This document shows, one piece after another, positions 34,492-36,588 of a stretch of 36,588 nucleotides of DNA. The stretch's first letter is position 1, and each line of letters opens with the position of its first letter. Under the pieces are notes generated by a model. That model saw only the letters and a list, made by a program, of their open reading frames with translations, had not been told where the DNA came from and ran no database searches. Position numbers and translations under genes: made by a program. The DNA is from Neoconidiobolus thromboides FSU 785. Its lineage: Eukaryota; Fungi; Entomophthoromycota. The stretch lies in NCBI GenBank assembly GCA_025603075.1, contig MU626450.1:1-36588 (forward strand). Reading direction: 5' to 3'.

Positions 34492-35730
34492 ATGAATCAT
34501 AATATTCAAGATGATGAAGAATATCTTCCATTTGATCCAGAGCGTGAAAATGAATATGATTTTCATGTAGGTGTTTCGTCAGATAGAAATCATAGATGTA
34601 GAAGAACAATGGAGGTAAGAGCTTAATTTTGTTATATTATTATATCAACTTATTATTTATGTTAAACCATTTTCATTGTCAAATGCTTAATTAAACTAAT
34701 ATTATATTAGGATGAGCATTGTTTTTTCCATGATTTTGGTGGAGTAAAAGATTCTGGATTTTTTGCAATCTATGATGGACATGCAGGAAAAGCAGCAGCT
34801 GATTTTTGTGGAGCTAACTTACATAAAGTAAAAAAAAGAGATCTATTTGTTAAGAAAATATCTAATTTTAATTTGAATATTTATTTAGAACTTTAATAAA
34901 TTAATAAAAACGAATCCAGGAATTGATATAAATGAAGCTTTTAATGAAGCCTTTTTACTTACTGATGATCAATTAAATGGTTTAAATACAAACGCTGGTT
35001 GCACTGCTGTTTCTTCTTTTATAAGATGGGAACCATCAGTTAATGACCCAAATAAAAAGGTAAATTTAATATTTTCTAAATCAAACTGTTAAATTATTTA
35101 AATTATTATTATTAGAGAGTTCTTTATACTGCAAACGCTGGCGATGCTAGAGCTGTTTTATGGTATAACTAATACTAGATTATTAATTTCTTAATAATAA
35201 TAATAATTAAATAGTCGCGATGGAAAAGCTATTCGATTGACTTATGATCATAAAGGATCAGATATTCAAGAATCTAATCGTATTGTATCTGCTGGTGGAT
35301 TTATGATGAACAATCGTGTTAATGGTAATTCTATTATTATAATTTATTTATAAATTGTTAAAATTTAATGAATTTTAGGTGTGCTTGCCGTTACTAGAGC
35401 CCTTGGAGATTCGTCAATGAAAGATTTTATAATTGGTAGTCCATTTACTACTCGAATTGATATTACAAAACAAGACACTTTTTTAATACTTGCATGTGAT
35501 GGGGTAAGATTTATTTTGAATTAAATTATTAATCAAAAAGATTATTTATTGACTGTATTTATTAATTCTTATTGTTTTAGTTATGGGATGTATGTTCTGA
35601 CCAAGATGCAGTGAATCTTATTAGTGAAATCGAAGATCCCCAAGAAGCTAGTAAAAAGTTACTTCAATTTGCATTAAATAACTTTTCAACTGATAATCTC
35701 AGTACAATGGTAATACGACTTGATCATTAA
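34492..35730 (+). CDS. PTC1: PP2C (PPM) phosphatase, Ptc1 type; 7 exons, absent from the ORF track
   Basis: Joined exons read RRTME|[33 protein letters not shown]|[21 protein letters not shown]|[18 protein letters not shown]|LWDV and [10 protein letters not shown]. Stop TAA at 35728-35730. Confidence 0.95.
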
Positions 35731-36282
35731 ATATTGATATTATTTAATATTTAATTTTTTAATGTTTCAATTTATTTGAATCCTCAATCTACCTATTTTA
35801 AATATCAAATTTCTACTACTTTTTTATATAAAAAAGTAGATATTATTAGATATCAAATAATTACTATCAATCCCTCCCCTCAATGAATTTAAAATAAAAT
35901 TGGAATTTCCTTTAATGTTGTTATTGATTAATTTGTTATGATTTAATAGTACTATTATTATTAAAAATATAAATAAACTTGTTATACTCTATTTTTACGA
36001 AGTGTTAATTATTGAATCTAAAGTTCCACTGAAGTTATGTAGTTATTTTATCCCTAATATTCTATTGATATCAAATCCTTTAGATTAATTATAGTAATTG
36101 AAATTTCAAATATTATAAAAGTATTAAAATCTATCTTTTTATATATTATATCAAAAGTATAATGACTGTATAAACTTGGCATTTACTAATTGTAGTTAAA
36201 GTTTACACTTTTAGAAAAGAGTTTGATAAATTTCAATAGAATAGCATATTTATAGTTAAGATTTATTAATGATATTATGAAT

Positions 36283-36519
36283 TTATTTTGCTTTAATAGC
36301 AGCATCAGCTTTACCATCAGCTTTAGCTTTCAATTCTTCAGCTTTCTTGAAAACGGGCTCTTTAATTTCACCAGGCGCTACTCCTTTAAATTTCCCAGAA
36401 ACTAGACTAACGACAGCTTCAGCAGCACCTTCAGCTTGAACGTCATCAGTAATACCATTTGGAGTTGGGATAGCGAAAGTAATAGCAAAGAAAGCAGTGA
36501 TGAGGACTTTGAATTGCAT
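36283..36519 (-). CDS. Small secreted protein, MQFK family member 3 (78 aa)
   Basis: MQFKVLITAFFAITFAIPTPNG followed by a Cys-free mature region with a KA-rich tail (KAKADGKADAAIKAK). TTAGATAA lies 29 nt upstream of the ATG. Confidence 0.85.
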   Translation of the reverse strand: MQFKVLITAFFAITFAIPTPNGITDDVQAEGAAEAVVSLVSGKFKGVAPGEIKEPVFKKAEELKAKADGKADAAIKAK

Positions 36520-36588
36520 TATTATAATTACTATTTAGGATTATCTAAGAATAAATATGATTTAATTAAGTTTCTGATTTTAATCGAA

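Noticed and set aside
1-36588. tRNA, rRNA, spliceosomal snRNA, CRISPR arrays, transposase or reverse-transcriptase ORFs, altered genetic code
   Set aside because: No convincing motifs were seen by eye. All apparent in-frame stops are explained by GT-AG introns under the standard code.

Overview
AT-rich eukaryotic DNA with compact genes and many short (about 43-60 nt) GT-AG introns. This is consistent with an early-diverging fungus, possibly Zoopagomycota/Entomophthoromycotina (inference only). Most long ORF-track entries are exons, which I joined by eye. Housekeeping genes in order: the tail of a CDK-like kinase, a bacterial RhlE-like DEAD-box (DECD) helicase with a likely mitochondrial presequence, a Trf4/PAPD5 poly(A) polymerase, a bHLH factor, MsrB, an 11-intron SLC25 glutamate-type carrier with a 7-nt micro-exon, a secreted M28 aminopeptidase, separase, an Ssh4/Ear1 SPRY adaptor, an unassigned beta-propeller, a Med11-like gene, Utp17/WDR75 and the PP2C Ptc1. 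Two features stand out that no housekeeping annotation explains. (1) A three-member family of intronless, cysteine-free small secreted proteins (MQFK..AFFA..FA.PTP.G) with a conserved signal peptide and leader DNA but strongly diverged mature regions, plus vestigial out-of-frame C-terminal tails. (2) Five dispersed copies of a ~100-bp MITE-like element with GGGGATGT/ACATCCCC terminal inverted repeats. I saw no rRNA, tRNA, CRISPR array or transposase. All family calls come from recalled motifs, not database searches.
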